DNA of 64,000 bases from Alphaproteobacteria bacterium. GTDB lineage: Bacteria > Pseudomonadota > Alphaproteobacteria > SHVP01. Location of the stretch: the NCBI GenBank assembly GCA_038116985.1, contig JAYOEZ010000001.1, forward strand, positions 12,766-76,765, written 5' to 3'. Below, one piece after another: positions 31,267-43,311 of the stretch. Made by a program: the position numbers and the translations under genes. Every line of letters begins with the position of its first letter. Within the stretch, counting starts at the first letter, position 1. Below the pieces are notes generated by a model, which was not told the origin of the DNA, ran no database searches, and saw only the letters and a list, made by a program, of their open reading frames with translations.

Positions 31267-31589
31267 TCCGTCCGACCGTCATCGCCGCTGCGATCGTCCT
31301 TGCCGTCATGGTCACTGGCCTGTTCGAGCTCAAGTACGAGGTTCGCGAACTCGATCAGGAGAAATCCCGTTTACACGACCGGATCGCGGAGGAACGTGAG
31401 TCGCTGCGGGTCCTTCAGGCCGAATGGAGCTATCTCAACCATCCCGATCGAATTCAGGCGCTGGTCGCGCAACATCTCGCACTCACGACACCAAGTTCCC
31501 GCCAGATTTTGCCCGTCGAGCAGATTCCGATGCGTCCGCGTAGCGACACCCTTGCGCAGGCTGCAGCGGAGGAGGGGAGAGCCCGGTGA
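31263..31589 (+). CDS. ftsL: cell-division protein FtsL (alphaproteobacterial type)
   Basis: 108-aa protein with a single N-terminal TM and a coiled coil (ELKYEVRELDQEKSRL...). Located between rsmH and ftsI; ATGA overlap. Confidence 0.75.
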   Translation: MIRPTVIAAAIVLAVMVTGLFELKYEVRELDQEKSRLHDRIAEERESLRVLQAEWSYLNHPDRIQALVAQHLALTTPSSRQILPVEQIPMRPRSDTLAQAAAEEGRAR

Positions 31590-33286
31590 GCGCGCCCGAC
31601 GGACACTACGATCGCCGCGTGGGCCCAAGTCGGCGCGTCCAGCTCGAGGGCGCGGCGAAGCAGGCGCTTGACGTCGGTCATGTTCGCTTGATCGCTGTCG
31701 CGGCTGGCTTCGCTCTCTGCTTTCTTGTGATCGCCGGTCGCCTCGTTGGCCTGGCTGCGCTGACGCCCCCCGCGGACTCGGCATCAGTCCCGGCAGAGGT
31801 GCGTCATCCCGCGACAACACGCGCAGAAATCTTCGACCGGAACGGCGTTCTTCTAGCGGGCAACGTGCGATCCGCGTCGTTGTTTGCCAACCCCAAGCAG
31901 ATTCTCGACGTCGATGAGGCGGCGGCTCTGCTTGCCGCGGTCTTGCCGGGCCACGATGAGTCGTCGCTTGTGGCCCTGTTGTCCACCGATCGGCGTTTTG
32001 TCTGGCTCAAGCGGCACATGAGCCCGAGCCAGCAGGATGCCGTCAACCGTCTCGGTATCCCCGGTCTTGGTTTCCTCGACGAGGAGCGGCGCGTCTATCC
32101 GCATGGTGCGCTTGCCGCGCACGTTGTCGGTTTCACCAGCGTTGATCGCGAAGGTCTGGGTGGACTCGAAAAGGGGCTCGACGAGGCGCTTTCGCGCGGT
32201 GAGCCGGCGCGCTCCAGCCTGGATGTCAGAGTTCAGCACGCGATCCGGGCGGAGCTCCAGGCCAGCGTTGAGGAATTCCAGGCTATCGGTGCCGCTGCGG
32301 TCGTCATGGACGCCCGGACCGGTGAAGTGGTCAGCATGGTATCGCTGCCTGACTTCGATCCGTCCGACATGGATCGCGCCTCCAGGGACAGCCGATTCAA
32401 TCGCGCGACGCTCGGCGTCTACGAGATGGGATCGACGTTCAAGGCGTTTACCACCGCGGCCGCTCTCGAGTTCGGCGTCGCCGATCTGGACGACATATAT
32501 GACGCCTCCAAGCCGCTGCGCGTGGTGCGTTTCACGATCAACGACGACCATCCGAAGAACCGCTGGTTGTCGGTGGCGGAGATCTTTCAATACTCGTCGA
32601 ACATCGGCTCGGCGCGGATGGCACTCGACATCGGCGACGAGCGCCTAAGTCAGTTTCTCAAGTCGCTGGGCTTGCTCGAACGGCCGTATCTGGAAATCCC
32701 GGAGGTCGGCGCGCCCATGGTGCCGCGTCCGTGGCGTGAGATCAGCACGATGACTGTCGCCTATGGCCATGGCGTTGCGGTGAGTCCGCTGCAACTGGTC
32801 GCGGCTTATGCGCCGGTCGTCAACGGTGGCCTCCGTGTGGAGCCGACGCTGATTGCGCGCGCCAACGATGCGCGCGATCCGACGCGCGTCTTGTCTGAAA
32901 ACACCTCCCGGACAATGCGCGCACTCCTCAGTCTGGTTGTAGAGGATGGAACGGGCAAGAAGGCCCGCGCTGACGGCTACCTCGTCGGAGGCAAGACCGG
33001 CACCGCGGAGAAGGCAGGCGCGGGCGGCTATCGCCGGCATGCGTTGCTGTCGTCCTTCGTCGGCGCCTTTCCGATCTCCAATCCGCGTTATGTCGTCTTC
33101 GCCGCGCTCGACGAACCGAAGGGAACGAAGGAAACCTTCAACCGCGCAAGCGCCGGGTGGACGGCCGCACCGACCGTCGGACGCATCGTCACGCGTATCG
33201 CACCCCTGCTCGGTATCGCGCCGGTTCGCGAACGCGACGAACCGGCATCCGATGCGGTGCTGGTCTCTGCGGGTGGGAGGCGCTGA
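31586..33286 (+). CDS. ftsI: peptidoglycan D,D-transpeptidase FtsI (PBP3)
   Basis: Transpeptidase motifs STFK, SSN and KTGT; dcw position; GTGA overlap with ftsL. Confidence 0.9.
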   Translation: MSAPDGHYDRRVGPSRRVQLEGAAKQALDVGHVRLIAVAAGFALCFLVIAGRLVGLAALTPPADSASVPAEVRHPATTRAEIFDRNGVLLAGNVRSASLFANPKQILDVDEAAALLAAVLPGHDESSLVALLSTDRRFVWLKRHMSPSQQDAVNRLGIPGLGFLDEERRVYPHGALAAHVVGFTSVDREGLGGLEKGLDEALSRGEPARSSLDVRVQHAIRAELQASVEEFQAIGAAAVVMDARTGEVVSMVSLPDFDPSDMDRASRDSRFNRATLGVYEMGSTFKAFTTAAALEFGVADLDDIYDASKPLRVVRFTINDDHPKNRWLSVAEIFQYSSNIGSARMALDIGDERLSQFLKSLGLLERPYLEIPEVGAPMVPRPWREISTMTVAYGHGVAVSPLQLVAAYAPVVNGGLRVEPTLIARANDARDPTRVLSENTSRTMRALLSLVVEDGTGKKARADGYLVGGKTGTAEKAGAGGYRRHALLSSFVGAFPISNPRYVVFAALDEPKGTKETFNRASAGWTAAPTVGRIVTRIAPLLGIAPVRERDEPASDAVLVSAGGRR

Positions 33287-34740
33287 TGCGTTTGTCCGAC
33301 CTCAGCGGTATGAATGATCGGGCCAAGGCGATCGAGGTCGTTGGCATCACCGCCGACAGTCGCGCCGTCATGCCGGGATACTTGTTTGCGGCGCTCCAGG
33401 GCGTGCGTGATGACGGAACGCGCTTCATTCCGGAGGCCATTCGGCAGGGCGCCGTCGCGGTTCTGGCGGCCCCAGGGACGGCGTTGCCGGACGAGGCAAC
33501 GTTCCTGGTCGGCGACCGCAATCCGCGGCGTCGTCTCGCGCTGATGGCTGCGAAATTCTATCCGCGGCAACCCGAAACGATCGTCGCTGTCACGGGCACC
33601 AACGGAAAGACGTCGACGGCCGACTTTGCCGCGCAGATCTGGGCGCGGATTGGCGTCAACGGAGGCAGTCTCGGCACCCTCGGGTTGCGGACATCGGTCG
33701 GCGATTCGGAGGCAAGCCTGACGACGCCGGACCCGGTCAATCTGCACCGCATGCTCGATCGTCTCGCCGGGGAAGGCGTGCAGCATCTGGCCATGGAGGC
33801 CTCGAGTCACGGGCTTGACCAGTACCGTCTCGATGGGGTGCGCGTGTCGGCGGCAGCTTTCACCAATATCAGTCACGACCATCTCGACTACCACGGCACA
33901 TTGAAATCTTACCTCGCGGCAAAGCTGCGCCTGTTTACCGAGGTGATGGGCGAAGGCGGGATCGCCGTGCTCAACCGCGACATGCCCGAGTTTGACGAAG
34001 TACGCGACGCCTGCCGCAAGCGACGCCATACGGTTCTGACCTACGGCGTGGCCGATGATGCCGACTTCCGGTTGGTTGGCGTCGAGCCGGGGCCGTGCGG
34101 GCAGACCGTCGAGGTCGCGATCCAGGGCAAGAGCCATCGCGTCCTGTTGCCTCTCTATGGCGCGTTCCAGGCCGAAAATGCTCTCGCTGCGCTCGCGCTG
34201 GTTATTGCGACCGGTGCCGATCGGTCGGCGGCCGTCGATGCGCTGGGTCATCTCCAGGGCGTACTCGGTCGCGCGCAACTGGTCGCCGAGCTCGCCAATC
34301 GTGCCAAGGTCTTCGTCGACTACGCGCATACGCCGGACGCTCTTGATCACGTCTTGCGAGCCTTGCGCCCGCACACCAAGGGTCGCCTGTTCGTCGTGTT
34401 CGGATGCGGCGGCGATCGCGACCGCACAAAACGCCCCGAAATGGGGCGGATCGCAGCCGAACTTGCCGACTGCGTCGTCGTGACTGATGACAATCCACGC
34501 TACGAGGACCCGGCGACCATTCGCCGCGAAATCATCGCAGCATGTCCTGATGCCGAGGAAGTCGGCGACCGCGCCCGGGCGATCGCGCGCGGTATCGGCG
34601 CTCTCGCGCCCGGCGACCTTCTCGTGGTCGCCGGCAAAGGTCACGAGACCGGGCAAATCGTGCGCGACCAGGTGCGCCCATTCGACGACACTGCTGTCAT
34701 TCACAAGGCGGTTGTCGGGCGCGGAAGGAACAGTTCATGA
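33286..34740 (+). CDS. murE: UDP-N-acetylmuramoyl-L-alanyl-D-glutamate--2,6-diaminopimelate ligase
   Basis: In-frame ATG 33286 (MRLSDLSG...ITADSRAV). P-loop VTGTNGKTS and the DAP-specificity motif DDNPR are present. Confidence 0.9.
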   Translation: MRLSDLSGMNDRAKAIEVVGITADSRAVMPGYLFAALQGVRDDGTRFIPEAIRQGAVAVLAAPGTALPDEATFLVGDRNPRRRLALMAAKFYPRQPETIVAVTGTNGKTSTADFAAQIWARIGVNGGSLGTLGLRTSVGDSEASLTTPDPVNLHRMLDRLAGEGVQHLAMEASSHGLDQYRLDGVRVSAAAFTNISHDHLDYHGTLKSYLAAKLRLFTEVMGEGGIAVLNRDMPEFDEVRDACRKRRHTVLTYGVADDADFRLVGVEPGPCGQTVEVAIQGKSHRVLLPLYGAFQAENALAALALVIATGADRSAAVDALGHLQGVLGRAQLVAELANRAKVFVDYAHTPDALDHVLRALRPHTKGRLFVVFGCGGDRDRTKRPEMGRIAAELADCVVVTDDNPRYEDPATIRREIIAACPDAEEVGDRARAIARGIGALAPGDLLVVAGKGHETGQIVRDQVRPFDDTAVIHKAVVGRGRNSS

Positions 34741-36161
34741 CCGCCGCGCCGCTTTGGACACGCGACGAGGCCATCGCCGCTACCGGCGGAACGGCGGAAG
34801 GCGGCGATTGGAAGGCGACCGGCGTTGCGATCGACAGCCGCACCATTCACACCGGCGACGTGTTTTTTGCCATCGCCGGGCCCAACCATGATGGCCATGC
34901 CTTCGTCGCCGATGCGATCGCGAGCGGTGCCGTCGCTGCGGTCGTGCGCAAGGGTTACGCGCCGCCGCGAGACTTGGCGCTGATCGAAGTTGACGATCCG
35001 CTGAAGGCGCTGCGTGGACTCGGCGCCGCAGCACGCGCGCGGATGCCTGGCAAGGTTGTCGCCGTGACCGGCAGCGTAGGGAAGACGGGGACGAAGGAGG
35101 CGCTTAGGGCCGCCCTTTCACGTCGTGGAGCGACGCATGCCAGTGCGGCCAGCTTCAACAATCATTGGGGCGTGCCGCTCAGCTTGGCGCGCATGCCCCG
35201 CGATACGGAGTTCGGTGTGTTCGAGATCGGCATGAACCATGCCGGCGAGATCACGCCGCTGTCGAAACTGGTGCGCCCGAACGTGGCCATTATCACGACG
35301 GTCGAACCCGTACACTTGGAGTTCTTCGACTCGGTGACGGCGATCGCCGATGCGAAAGCCGAAATCTTCGCCGGTCTCGAACCCCATGGCGTGGCGATCC
35401 TCAACCGCGACAATCCGCACTTCGAGCGTTTGGCGGACGCGGCGCGGGCAGCGGGTGCGGTGCAGATCATTGGGTTCGGCGAATCGGAGGCGGCGGACGC
35501 CCGCCTCATCAAGGCGTCGATGAACGAGAACTGCTCGTGTATTTCGGCGGACATCTGTGGCCAGGCCATGACCTACAAAGTGGGCGCGCCCGGCCGTCAC
35601 TGGGTCGCCAATAGCCTTGCCGTCCTTGCTGCCGTTTCCACTATTGGCGGCGACTTGGGGTTGGCGGGACTTGCACTAGCGGAACTCGCTCCGCCGGAGG
35701 GAAGGGGCCAGCGAACCGAGATCGCATTGCGCGATGGCGCAGTATTGTTGATCGACGAGAGCTACAACGCCAACCCTGCGTCGATGCGTGCGGCGATCGA
35801 ACTGCTTGGCGATTCGCCTGTCACGCGCTCGGGTCGACGCATCGCGGTCCTCGGCGACATGCTCGAAATGGGCGCCGAGAGCCCATCGTTTCATTCGGCG
35901 CTTGCGCCGGTGATCACTGATGCGCACGTCGACGCGGTCTTCTGCTGCGGTGCCAACATGAAGTCCCTTGCCAGTGCCCTGCCAGCAGCCATTCTCGGCG
36001 CTTGGACGCAGGATTCCGATGAGCTGGTCAACGAAGTCGTCTCGGCGGTTCAGCCGGGCGATGTCGTTATGGTCAAGGGTTCGCTCGGCAGCCGCATGGC
36101 GCCGATCGTCAGTGCTCTCAAGTCGCTGGACCGGTCGCCGCGCCGGGCGAACGGGGGCTAG
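34737..36161 (+). CDS. murF: UDP-N-acetylmuramoyl-tripeptide--D-alanyl-D-alanine ligase
   Basis: 474-aa ORF with VTGSVGKTGTKE; dcw position; ATGA overlap. Confidence 0.9.
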   Translation: MTAAPLWTRDEAIAATGGTAEGGDWKATGVAIDSRTIHTGDVFFAIAGPNHDGHAFVADAIASGAVAAVVRKGYAPPRDLALIEVDDPLKALRGLGAAARARMPGKVVAVTGSVGKTGTKEALRAALSRRGATHASAASFNNHWGVPLSLARMPRDTEFGVFEIGMNHAGEITPLSKLVRPNVAIITTVEPVHLEFFDSVTAIADAKAEIFAGLEPHGVAILNRDNPHFERLADAARAAGAVQIIGFGESEAADARLIKASMNENCSCISADICGQAMTYKVGAPGRHWVANSLAVLAAVSTIGGDLGLAGLALAELAPPEGRGQRTEIALRDGAVLLIDESYNANPASMRAAIELLGDSPVTRSGRRIAVLGDMLEMGAESPSFHSALAPVITDAHVDAVFCCGANMKSLASALPAAILGAWTQDSDELVNEVVSAVQPGDVVMVKGSLGSRMAPIVSALKSLDRSPRRANGG

Positions 36162-36164
36162 ACC

Positions 36165-37253
36165 ATGCTGTTCAATCTTCTTGCCCCGCTCGCCGAGGAC
36201 TTCGTTGTCTTCAACCTCTTCCGCTTCCTGACCTTCAGAACGGGCGGGGCGGTCATGACGGCGATGGTCCTGAGTTTCGTCTTCGGGCCGGCTCTGATCC
36301 GCTGGCTGCGGCGCCTCCAGCGCAATGGTCAGCCGATTCGCGACGACGGACCGGGGAGTCATCTCATCACCAAGAAGGGGACGCCGACGATGGGCGGCTT
36401 CCTCATCCTGCTGAGCTTCGGCATTTCGACGCTGCTGTGGGCGGACCTCTCCAATCAATACGTCTGGGCGGCCCTGCTGGTGACGCTGGGCTTTGGCGCA
36501 GTCGGCTTCCTCGACGACTTCTTGAAGGTGACGCGCGAGAGCCATCGCGGGGTGCCGGCCAAGATCAAGTTCCTCGCCGAGATCGTCATCGCATTGGTTG
36601 CGACGGTCTGGATCATGACGATAACCGCAGATCCGTTGGATAGCGGTCTCGCTGTGCCGTTCTTCAAGGATGTGCTGTGGAACCTGGGCTGGCTGTTTGC
36701 CCCCTTCGCGGTCTTCATCATGGTCGGCTCGTCGAATGCGGTGAACCTCACCGACGGCCTTGATGGCCTTGCGATCGTCCCCGTCATGATTGCAGCGAGT
36801 TCCTACGCTCTGATCGCCTACCTCGTGGGCAATGCGGTGTTTTCAAACTACTTGCAGATCCACGGTGTGCCGGGCGCAGGGGAATTGGCCGTCTTCTGTG
36901 GCGCCCTCGTGGGTGCCGGCCTCGGCTTCCTGTGGTTCAACGCGCCGCCGGCCAGCGTTTTCATGGGCGACACCGGAAGCCTTTCGATGGGCGGCGCGCT
37001 CGGCGTCGTTGCGGTCGTGACCAAGCATGAACTGGTTCTGGGCGTTATCGGCGGCCTCTTCGTGCTCGAGACCGTCTCGGTGATGGTCCAGGTCGCGTCG
37101 TTCAAACTCACCGGTCGCCGCGTGTTCCGCATGGCGCCGCTGCACCACCATTACGAGGAGAAGGGCTGGGCAGAACCGACGATCGTCATCCGGTTCTGGA
37201 TCATCGCCGTCATCCTCGCCCTGATCGGCCTTTCGACGTTGAAACTCAGATGA
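36165..37253 (+). CDS. mraY: phospho-N-acetylmuramoyl-pentapeptide transferase
   Basis: Multi-TM protein with [22 protein letters not shown] and PLHHHYE. Confidence 0.95.
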   Translation: MLFNLLAPLAEDFVVFNLFRFLTFRTGGAVMTAMVLSFVFGPALIRWLRRLQRNGQPIRDDGPGSHLITKKGTPTMGGFLILLSFGISTLLWADLSNQYVWAALLVTLGFGAVGFLDDFLKVTRESHRGVPAKIKFLAEIVIALVATVWIMTITADPLDSGLAVPFFKDVLWNLGWLFAPFAVFIMVGSSNAVNLTDGLDGLAIVPVMIAASSYALIAYLVGNAVFSNYLQIHGVPGAGELAVFCGALVGAGLGFLWFNAPPASVFMGDTGSLSMGGALGVVAVVTKHELVLGVIGGLFVLETVSVMVQVASFKLTGRRVFRMAPLHHHYEEKGWAEPTIVIRFWIIAVILALIGLSTLKLR

Positions 37254-38635
37254 TCGCGCTGTCGACATATGCCGGCCGCAAGGTCGCCGTTCTTGGTCTC
37301 GCGCGTAGCGGGTCCGCGGCGGTGCGCGCCCTTGGCGCGGCCGGCGCCGAGGTTATCGCCTGGGACGACAACGCACAGCGCAGAACAGAACACGCCGGGG
37401 TAAGTGTCCAGCTAACGAATCTCAGTAGTTGCGACTTCGATAACGTTGCTGCACTGGTTCTCAGCCCCGGCGTTCCCTACACCCACCCGAAACCGCATCC
37501 TGCGGTGGTCGCCGCGCGTCGCGCCGGCGTCGATGTCGTTGGCGACGTCGAGTTGTTCGCGACGGCGCCGCGCACGTCACGCATCGTCGGGATCACCGGC
37601 ACCAACGGCAAGTCGACGACGACGGCGCTGATTGGCCACCTGCTCCGGACAACCGGGCGCGCCGTCGAAGTTGGTGGGAACATCGGAACGCCAGTCCTTG
37701 ATCTCGATCCGCTCGACCCGGAAGGGGTCTACGTCGTTGAGCTGTCGTCCTACCAGATCGATCTCGCCCCGTCGCTCGTCTGCGACGTCGCGGTTCTCAT
37801 CAACATCAGCAGCGATCACCTCGATCGTCATGGCGATATGGCCGGATATGTCGCCGTCAAGCGCCGTATCTTCAGCGGCCAGCAGGGTGGCCAAGCCGCC
37901 GTCGTCGGTGTCGACGACGCCTACAGCCGCGAGACCTACGAGTGGCTCAAGGCGCAAGGTCATGACAATGTCGTTCCCATCGCCGTCGGGAATCGCGTCG
38001 ACGACGGTGTCTACGTCGTCGATGGACTGCTCCACGACGAAATGAAGGACGACCGTGCGACGGTGTCGCTCGACGGAATCGCCAGTCTGCGCGGGCGCCA
38101 CAACTGGCAAAACGTCGCCGCGGCATATGCTGCGTGCCGCTCGCTCGGCCTGTCTCGCGACGATATTGCTGCCGCGCTTCCGTCGTTTCCCGGCCTACGG
38201 CACCGCATGGAAAGCGTCGGTGTCGTCGACGGCGTCGAATACGTTAACGACAGCAAAGCGACGAATGCCGACGCGGCGGCTCGCGCGCTCGCGACCTTTG
38301 ACGAGGTGTTCTGGATTGCCGGCGGGTGCCCCAAGGATGGTGGCTACGACGTTCTGGTTCCTTCGCTGGCGCACGTCAGGAAGGCTTACCTGATCGGCGA
38401 AGCCGCCGAGGCAATGGACGGGGCTCTCTCCGAAAAGGTTGCCACGAGCGTGTGCGGAACGCTCGCCGCGGCGGTGGCGGCCGCCGCGGAAGATGCCGCG
38501 CGGGCTGCCGACGAGGGCGCGTCTCCTGTCGTCCTGCTGTCGCCGGCCTGCGCCTCGTTCGACCAGTTTGCGGACTACGAAGCGCGCGGCGATGCGTTCC
38601 GCGACCTTGTTTCAGCGCGGAAGGGGGCGGCATGA
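37250..38635 (+). CDS. murD: UDP-N-acetylmuramoylalanine--D-glutamate ligase
   Basis: [20 protein letters not shown]; dcw position. Confidence 0.9.
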   Translation: MIALSTYAGRKVAVLGLARSGSAAVRALGAAGAEVIAWDDNAQRRTEHAGVSVQLTNLSSCDFDNVAALVLSPGVPYTHPKPHPAVVAARRAGVDVVGDVELFATAPRTSRIVGITGTNGKSTTTALIGHLLRTTGRAVEVGGNIGTPVLDLDPLDPEGVYVVELSSYQIDLAPSLVCDVAVLINISSDHLDRHGDMAGYVAVKRRIFSGQQGGQAAVVGVDDAYSRETYEWLKAQGHDNVVPIAVGNRVDDGVYVVDGLLHDEMKDDRATVSLDGIASLRGRHNWQNVAAAYAACRSLGLSRDDIAAALPSFPGLRHRMESVGVVDGVEYVNDSKATNADAAARALATFDEVFWIAGGCPKDGGYDVLVPSLAHVRKAYLIGEAAEAMDGALSEKVATSVCGTLAAAVAAAAEDAARAADEGASPVVLLSPACASFDQFADYEARGDAFRDLVSARKGAA

Positions 38636-39816
38636 TCGACTTCGGCCGCACCGATCGCAGCGTCGTCGCCCGCTGGTGGTGGACCGTAGACCGCTGGACG
38701 CTTCTCCTTCTCGTCATGACCATGGCGGTCGGGGTCGTCCTCATCATGGCGGCCAGCCCGGCGGTCGCCGACCGCATTGGTCTCGACTCGTTCCACTTCG
38801 TGCGCCGTCAGATTGTCTTTCTGGTGCCGGCACTCGTCATCCTGTTCGGCATGTCGCTGTTGCCGATCCTATGGGTCCGCCGCATCGCCGTAGTCGGTTT
38901 TGTCCTTTCGGTTGTGCTGTTGATCGGCACGTTGCTCGGCGGCGCCAGCATCAAGGGCGCCCAGCGCTGGCTGGACTTTGGTGGCTTCCTCCTGCAGCCC
39001 TCGGAGTTCGTCAAGCCGACATTCGCGGTGTTCGCCGCCTGGATGCTGTCACATCGCGTGCAGCAACCCGGATTCCCCGGCTACGCCGTCGTCACCGCGG
39101 CCGCCGTCGCGGTGCTGGGCCTTCTTCTGTTGCAGCCCGACGTCGGCATGACGCTTGTCGTCGCAAGTGTCTGGTCGGTGCAGATGTTCCTCGCGGGCGT
39201 ACCGATGATCGTCGTCGCCGCACTTGCCGGCGTCGCCGTGGTCGGTGCGGTCGGCGCCTACGCGCTGTTTCCCCATGTCGCCTCGCGGATCGACAGGTTC
39301 CTCGATCCGTCGAGTGGCGACACCTTCCAGATTGACGCCTCGCTAAATGCCTTCGGCAACGGCGGCCTGTTCGGCACCGGCCCCGGGGAAGGCGTGGTCA
39401 AGACCATCCTGCCTGACGCACACGCCGACTTCATTTTTGCCGTGGCCGGTGAGGAACTTGGCCTGTTCGCTTCACTCGCCATCGTGGCGTTGTTCGCGGT
39501 GCTGGTCGTCCGAGGTCTGCTCCGTCTTCTCAAGGAAACGGACTTGTTCGTCGTACTCGCCAGCGGCGGCATCCTCGCGCAGATCGGATTGCAGTCCGTG
39601 ATCAACATGGGCGTCAACGTCCGCCTTTTGCCGGCGAAGGGCATGACCTTGCCGTTCATCAGCTACGGCGGGTCTAGCCTCTTGGCGCTGGCGCTTGGCA
39701 TGGGAATTTTCCTGGCCCTAACGCGGCGCCGTCCGGGCGCAAGCGCATACATGCCGACCTATAGCGCGCCGCGCGGCACTGCCGCGCTCAGTGCGGCGCC
39801 GGGGGGCGCGTCATGA
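38632..39816 (+). CDS. ftsW: SEDS-family peptidoglycan glycosyltransferase FtsW
   Basis: In-frame ATG 38632 ([10 protein letters not shown]...), ATGA overlap with murD. Multi-TM protein with LQPSEFVKP and PDAHADFIFAV... motifs. Confidence 0.9.
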   Translation: MIDFGRTDRSVVARWWWTVDRWTLLLLVMTMAVGVVLIMAASPAVADRIGLDSFHFVRRQIVFLVPALVILFGMSLLPILWVRRIAVVGFVLSVVLLIGTLLGGASIKGAQRWLDFGGFLLQPSEFVKPTFAVFAAWMLSHRVQQPGFPGYAVVTAAAVAVLGLLLLQPDVGMTLVVASVWSVQMFLAGVPMIVVAALAGVAVVGAVGAYALFPHVASRIDRFLDPSSGDTFQIDASLNAFGNGGLFGTGPGEGVVKTILPDAHADFIFAVAGEELGLFASLAIVALFAVLVVRGLLRLLKETDLFVVLASGGILAQIGLQSVINMGVNVRLLPAKGMTLPFISYGGSSLLALALGMGIFLALTRRRPGASAYMPTYSAPRGTAALSAAPGGAS

Positions 39817-40937
39817 GCGCGCGCACCATCGTCCTCGCCGCCGGCGGCACCGGCGGCCACATGTTCCCCGCCGAAGCCTTGGCAGGGGAACTGCAGAATC
39901 GCGGTCATCGTCTGGTCCTCGTCACTGATCGACGCGGTGCTGGGCAAGGCCAAACGCTCGCAACCCTGGAAACTCACGTCATCCGCGCCGGCACCGTTGC
40001 CGGCGGCGGCGTGGGCCACAAGGTTGGCGGGCTTATGAATGTCGTAGCGGGGGTCTTCCAAGCGCGAGCCCTCCTCCCCCGGCTGCAGCCACATGCTGTA
40101 GTCGGTTTCGGCGGCTATCCCTCCCTGCCAACCATGTTAGCCGCTGCGCGTTTGGGAACCCCCGCTGCGATACACGAACAGAACGCGGTACTGGGCCGCG
40201 TAAATCGACTGGTTGCGCCCCGAGTGGCCGCGGTCGCCCTGTCGTTCGACCGGACCGAGCGCGTAGAAACGAGCGCGCGTCGGATCGTGACCGGCAATCC
40301 GGTTAGGCGAGAGGTCGTGGCGCTACGCGATACGGCGTATGCCGGTCCCAAAGAAGGCGGCGACATACGTTTGCTGATTTTCGGCGGCAGTCAGGGCGCT
40401 CGGGTGCTTGCCCAGGTTGTGCCGTCCGCACTCGCAGGTCTCGATGAGGAGGTGCGCAAGCGGCTCAAGGTCGTGCAGCAGTGCCGCATCGAGGACCTCG
40501 ACGACGTGCGCCAGGTGTATGCCCATGCCGGCATCGAGGCGGAACTTGCGACCTTCTTCGAGGACCTGCCGCGACGCATGGCGGACGCGCACCTTGTCAT
40601 CGGACGTGCGGGCGCATCGACCGTATTTGAACTGGCCGCTATTGGACGTCCTGCGCTGCTGGTGCCGCTGCCGCATGCGACGGACGACCACCAGACCGCC
40701 AATGCCAACGCCTTCAGCGAGACCGGCGCGGGCTGGACCATCAGCCAGTCGGCGTTCACGCCGGCCGATCTGATAGGGCGCCTCAACGCGCTGCTGTCGG
40801 TGCCCCACTATCTGGAACAGGCCGCAGCCGCGGCGCGGCGCTTCGGTGTTCCCGATGCAGCGAAGAAGCTTGCGGACGTCGTGGAGTCACTTGCCGGCAG
40901 CAACGGTCACGGCCTAGAGATAGGGGCGGCAGCATGA
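39813..40937 (+). CDS. murG: undecaprenyldiphospho-muramoylpentapeptide beta-N-acetylglucosaminyltransferase
   Basis: [13 protein letters not shown]-terminal motif; dcw position. Confidence 0.9.
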   Translation: MSARTIVLAAGGTGGHMFPAEALAGELQNRGHRLVLVTDRRGAGQGQTLATLETHVIRAGTVAGGGVGHKVGGLMNVVAGVFQARALLPRLQPHAVVGFGGYPSLPTMLAAARLGTPAAIHEQNAVLGRVNRLVAPRVAAVALSFDRTERVETSARRIVTGNPVRREVVALRDTAYAGPKEGGDIRLLIFGGSQGARVLAQVVPSALAGLDEEVRKRLKVVQQCRIEDLDDVRQVYAHAGIEAELATFFEDLPRRMADAHLVIGRAGASTVFELAAIGRPALLVPLPHATDDHQTANANAFSETGAGWTISQSAFTPADLIGRLNALLSVPHYLEQAAAAARRFGVPDAAKKLADVVESLAGSNGHGLEIGAAA

Positions 40938-42370
40938 AGCAGCTTCCGCTCGATATCGGCCTCATCCACTTCGTCGGGATCGGCGGGATCGGCATGAGCG
41001 GCATCGCCGAAGTCATGCACTCGCTCGGCTATAAGGTGCAGGGCAGCGACGTTGCCGACAGCGCCAATGTGCAGCGCCTGCGCGGTCTCGGTATTCCGGT
41101 TGCGAAGGGCCATGACGCGTCGAATCTGGGCGAGGCGCGCGTCGTCGTCATCTCGTCTGCGGTCAAGCGCGACAACCCGGAAGTCGTTTCGGCGCGGCGC
41201 AACTTCATTCCCGTGGTGCGCCGCGCCGAAATGCTTGCCGAACTGATGCGGTTCAAGTGGTCGGTCGCTGTCGGCGGTACGCACGGCAAGACGACCACCA
41301 CGTCGTTGATCGCAGCGATGCTCGACGCGGCATCGTTCGACCCGACGGTGATCAACGGCGGCATCATCAATGCCTACAACACTAACGCGCGTCTTGGCGA
41401 AGGCGACTGGATGGTCGTCGAAGCAGACGAATCCGACGGGACATTCGTCAAGCTCCCCGCAACCGTGGCCGTTGTCACCAACATCGACCCGGAGCATCTC
41501 GACTTCTACGGGGACTTCGAGACCGAACGCGAAGCGTTCCAGACTTTCGTCGAGAATATTCCGTTCTACGGCTTCGCCGCACTATGCGTCGATCATCCGG
41601 AAGTGCAGGCTCTGTGTGGCCGCATCAGCGATCGCAAGATCATTACCTACGGTCTAAGCCCGCTCGCCGACGTCCGTGCCGAGAACCTTGCGTTTTCGCA
41701 ACTCGGTTCGAGCTTTGACGTGGTCATCAGCGACCGCCTGCGTGACGAGGAACGCCGCATTCCCGGTGTGCGCCTCAATATGCCGGGTGCGCACAACGTC
41801 CAAAACTCGTTGTCGGCCTTCGTCGTCGCCAACGAGATGGATATCGCTGACGATGTCGTGCGTGCCGCCTTGCAGGAGTTCCGTGGCGTCAAGCGTCGCT
41901 TCACCATCACCGGAACAACCGGCGGCGTTACGGTCGTCGACGACTACGCCCATCACCCTGTTGAAATCGCCGCCGTCCTCAAGGCCGCGCGCGATCTGGG
42001 GCAGCGCCGCGTCATCACTGTCGTCCAGCCGCACCGCTATTCACGGCTGCGGGATCTTTTCGAGGACTTCTGCACCTGTTTCAACAACGCCGACACGGTG
42101 ATCGTCGCCGACATCTATGCCGCCGGCGAAGCGCCGATCGAGGGCTACGATCGTGACGCCCTGATCGAGGGTTTGCGGCGACACGGTCACCGTCACGTCG
42201 TTCCCCTGGAGGATGAGGCTGACTTGGCCGCAACGGTTGCCGAGCACGCTGGCAACGGTGACCTCGTTATCTGCATGGGTGCAGGAAGCATTACCTCCTG
42301 GGCTGCACGCCTGCCGGATGAGTTGGCCGATCTGATGCCCGAGCCGGGCTTGCGAGAGGTCGGCTCATGA
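40934..42370 (+). CDS. murC: UDP-N-acetylmuramate--L-alanine ligase
   Basis: [25 protein letters not shown]. Confidence 0.9.
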   Translation: MKQLPLDIGLIHFVGIGGIGMSGIAEVMHSLGYKVQGSDVADSANVQRLRGLGIPVAKGHDASNLGEARVVVISSAVKRDNPEVVSARRNFIPVVRRAEMLAELMRFKWSVAVGGTHGKTTTTSLIAAMLDAASFDPTVINGGIINAYNTNARLGEGDWMVVEADESDGTFVKLPATVAVVTNIDPEHLDFYGDFETEREAFQTFVENIPFYGFAALCVDHPEVQALCGRISDRKIITYGLSPLADVRAENLAFSQLGSSFDVVISDRLRDEERRIPGVRLNMPGAHNVQNSLSAFVVANEMDIADDVVRAALQEFRGVKRRFTITGTTGGVTVVDDYAHHPVEIAAVLKAARDLGQRRVITVVQPHRYSRLRDLFEDFCTCFNNADTVIVADIYAAGEAPIEGYDRDALIEGLRRHGHRHVVPLEDEADLAATVAEHAGNGDLVICMGAGSITSWAARLPDELADLMPEPGLREVGS

Positions 42371-43311
42371 GTGCGGCGGAGAAGCCCGTGGCGCTTGTAG
42401 AACGCCTCCCGTCCGTACGCGGCGACTACCGTGCCGATTATCCCCTGTCGCGCATCACCTGGTTCAAGGTTGGCGGACGGGCGGACGTTCTTTTCCGGCC
42501 TGCGGACGCCGACGACCTCGCTCAATTCCTGGCGGCCTGCCCGGGCGACGTGCCGATCACGGTGATCGGCGTGGGATCGAACGTATTGGTGCGGGACGGC
42601 GGCGTACGTGGTGTGGTCATTCGCCTCGGCCGTGGTTTCACGGACATTTCCGTAGACGGCGAGCGGGTCGTGGCCCAAGGCGGCGCACTCGATATCAACG
42701 TCGCGCGGCTTGCCGCTGAGGCAGGGATTGCGGGGCTTGAGTTCCTTTCCGGTATCCCCGGCACCATCGGTGGCGCCGTCCGAATGAACGCGGGCGCCTA
42801 TGGCGGCGACATAGGAAGCGTTCTGGAGTCGGTGACGGTTCTTGATCGCGCAGGCCGCCAAGAGACGCTCAACGCGGACGATCTGGGCTTCTCCTATCGC
42901 CAGTCACGTTTGCCGAGCGGCGCAATCGCTACATCCTGTGTGCTCGCCGGAGCGCCCGGTGACCGCGACGCGATCGTCGCCCGCATGGCCGAAATCAAGC
43001 AGGCGCGGGAGGCTACTCAGCCTATTCGCACCCGCACCGGGGGCAGCACATTCAGAAACCCTGGCGGACCCGACGGCGTCGCGCCCCGTGCCTGGCAGCT
43101 CATTGATGACGCTGGCTGCCGCGGGCTCACGCGTGGTGGCGCGATGGTTTCGCCGGTGCACTGCAACTTCCTTGAGAACACAGGCCAGGCCACCGCGGCG
43201 GATCTTGAGGCGCTGGGGGAAGAGGTGCGCGAGCGCGTGGCAAGCAGCAGTGGCATCCACCTGCAATGGGAAATCGAACGGATCGGTGAGTCCGCGCGAG
43301 GTGTGGCATGA
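42367..43311 (+). CDS. murB: UDP-N-acetylenolpyruvoylglucosamine reductase
   Basis: FAD-binding-domain pattern ([12 protein letters not shown]..., [17 protein letters not shown]) and GSTFRNP. Confidence 0.9.
   Translation: MSAAEKPVALVERLPSVRGDYRADYPLSRITWFKVGGRADVLFRPADADDLAQFLAACPGDVPITVIGVGSNVLVRDGGVRGVVIRLGRGFTDISVDGERVVAQGGALDINVARLAAEAGIAGLEFLSGIPGTIGGAVRMNAGAYGGDIGSVLESVTVLDRAGRQETLNADDLGFSYRQSRLPSGAIATSCVLAGAPGDRDAIVARMAEIKQAREATQPIRTRTGGSTFRNPGGPDGVAPRAWQLIDDAGCRGLTRGGAMVSPVHCNFLENTGQATAADLEALGEEVRERVASSSGIHLQWEIERIGESARGVA

Noticed and set aside
33088-34704. 538-aa antisense ORF across murE, and analogous long antisense or out-of-frame ORFs across the dcw cluster (e.g. 35676..36545, 38439..39335, 40907..41497, 43017..44012, 46440..47438, 46982..48214)
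   Set aside because: All overlap genes with unmistakable Mur/Fts signatures. Their translations are low-complexity and lack motifs.
38326-38631. N-terminal extensions suggested by the track for ftsW (38326), murE (33157), ftsA (44908), ligA (52277), ftsQ (44183) and the metH parts (10613, 11572)
   Set aside because: The extensions overlap the preceding gene and are Arg/Gly-rich. In each case an internal ATG or GTG forms a 1- or 4-nt start-stop overlap and yields the expected conserved N-terminus.
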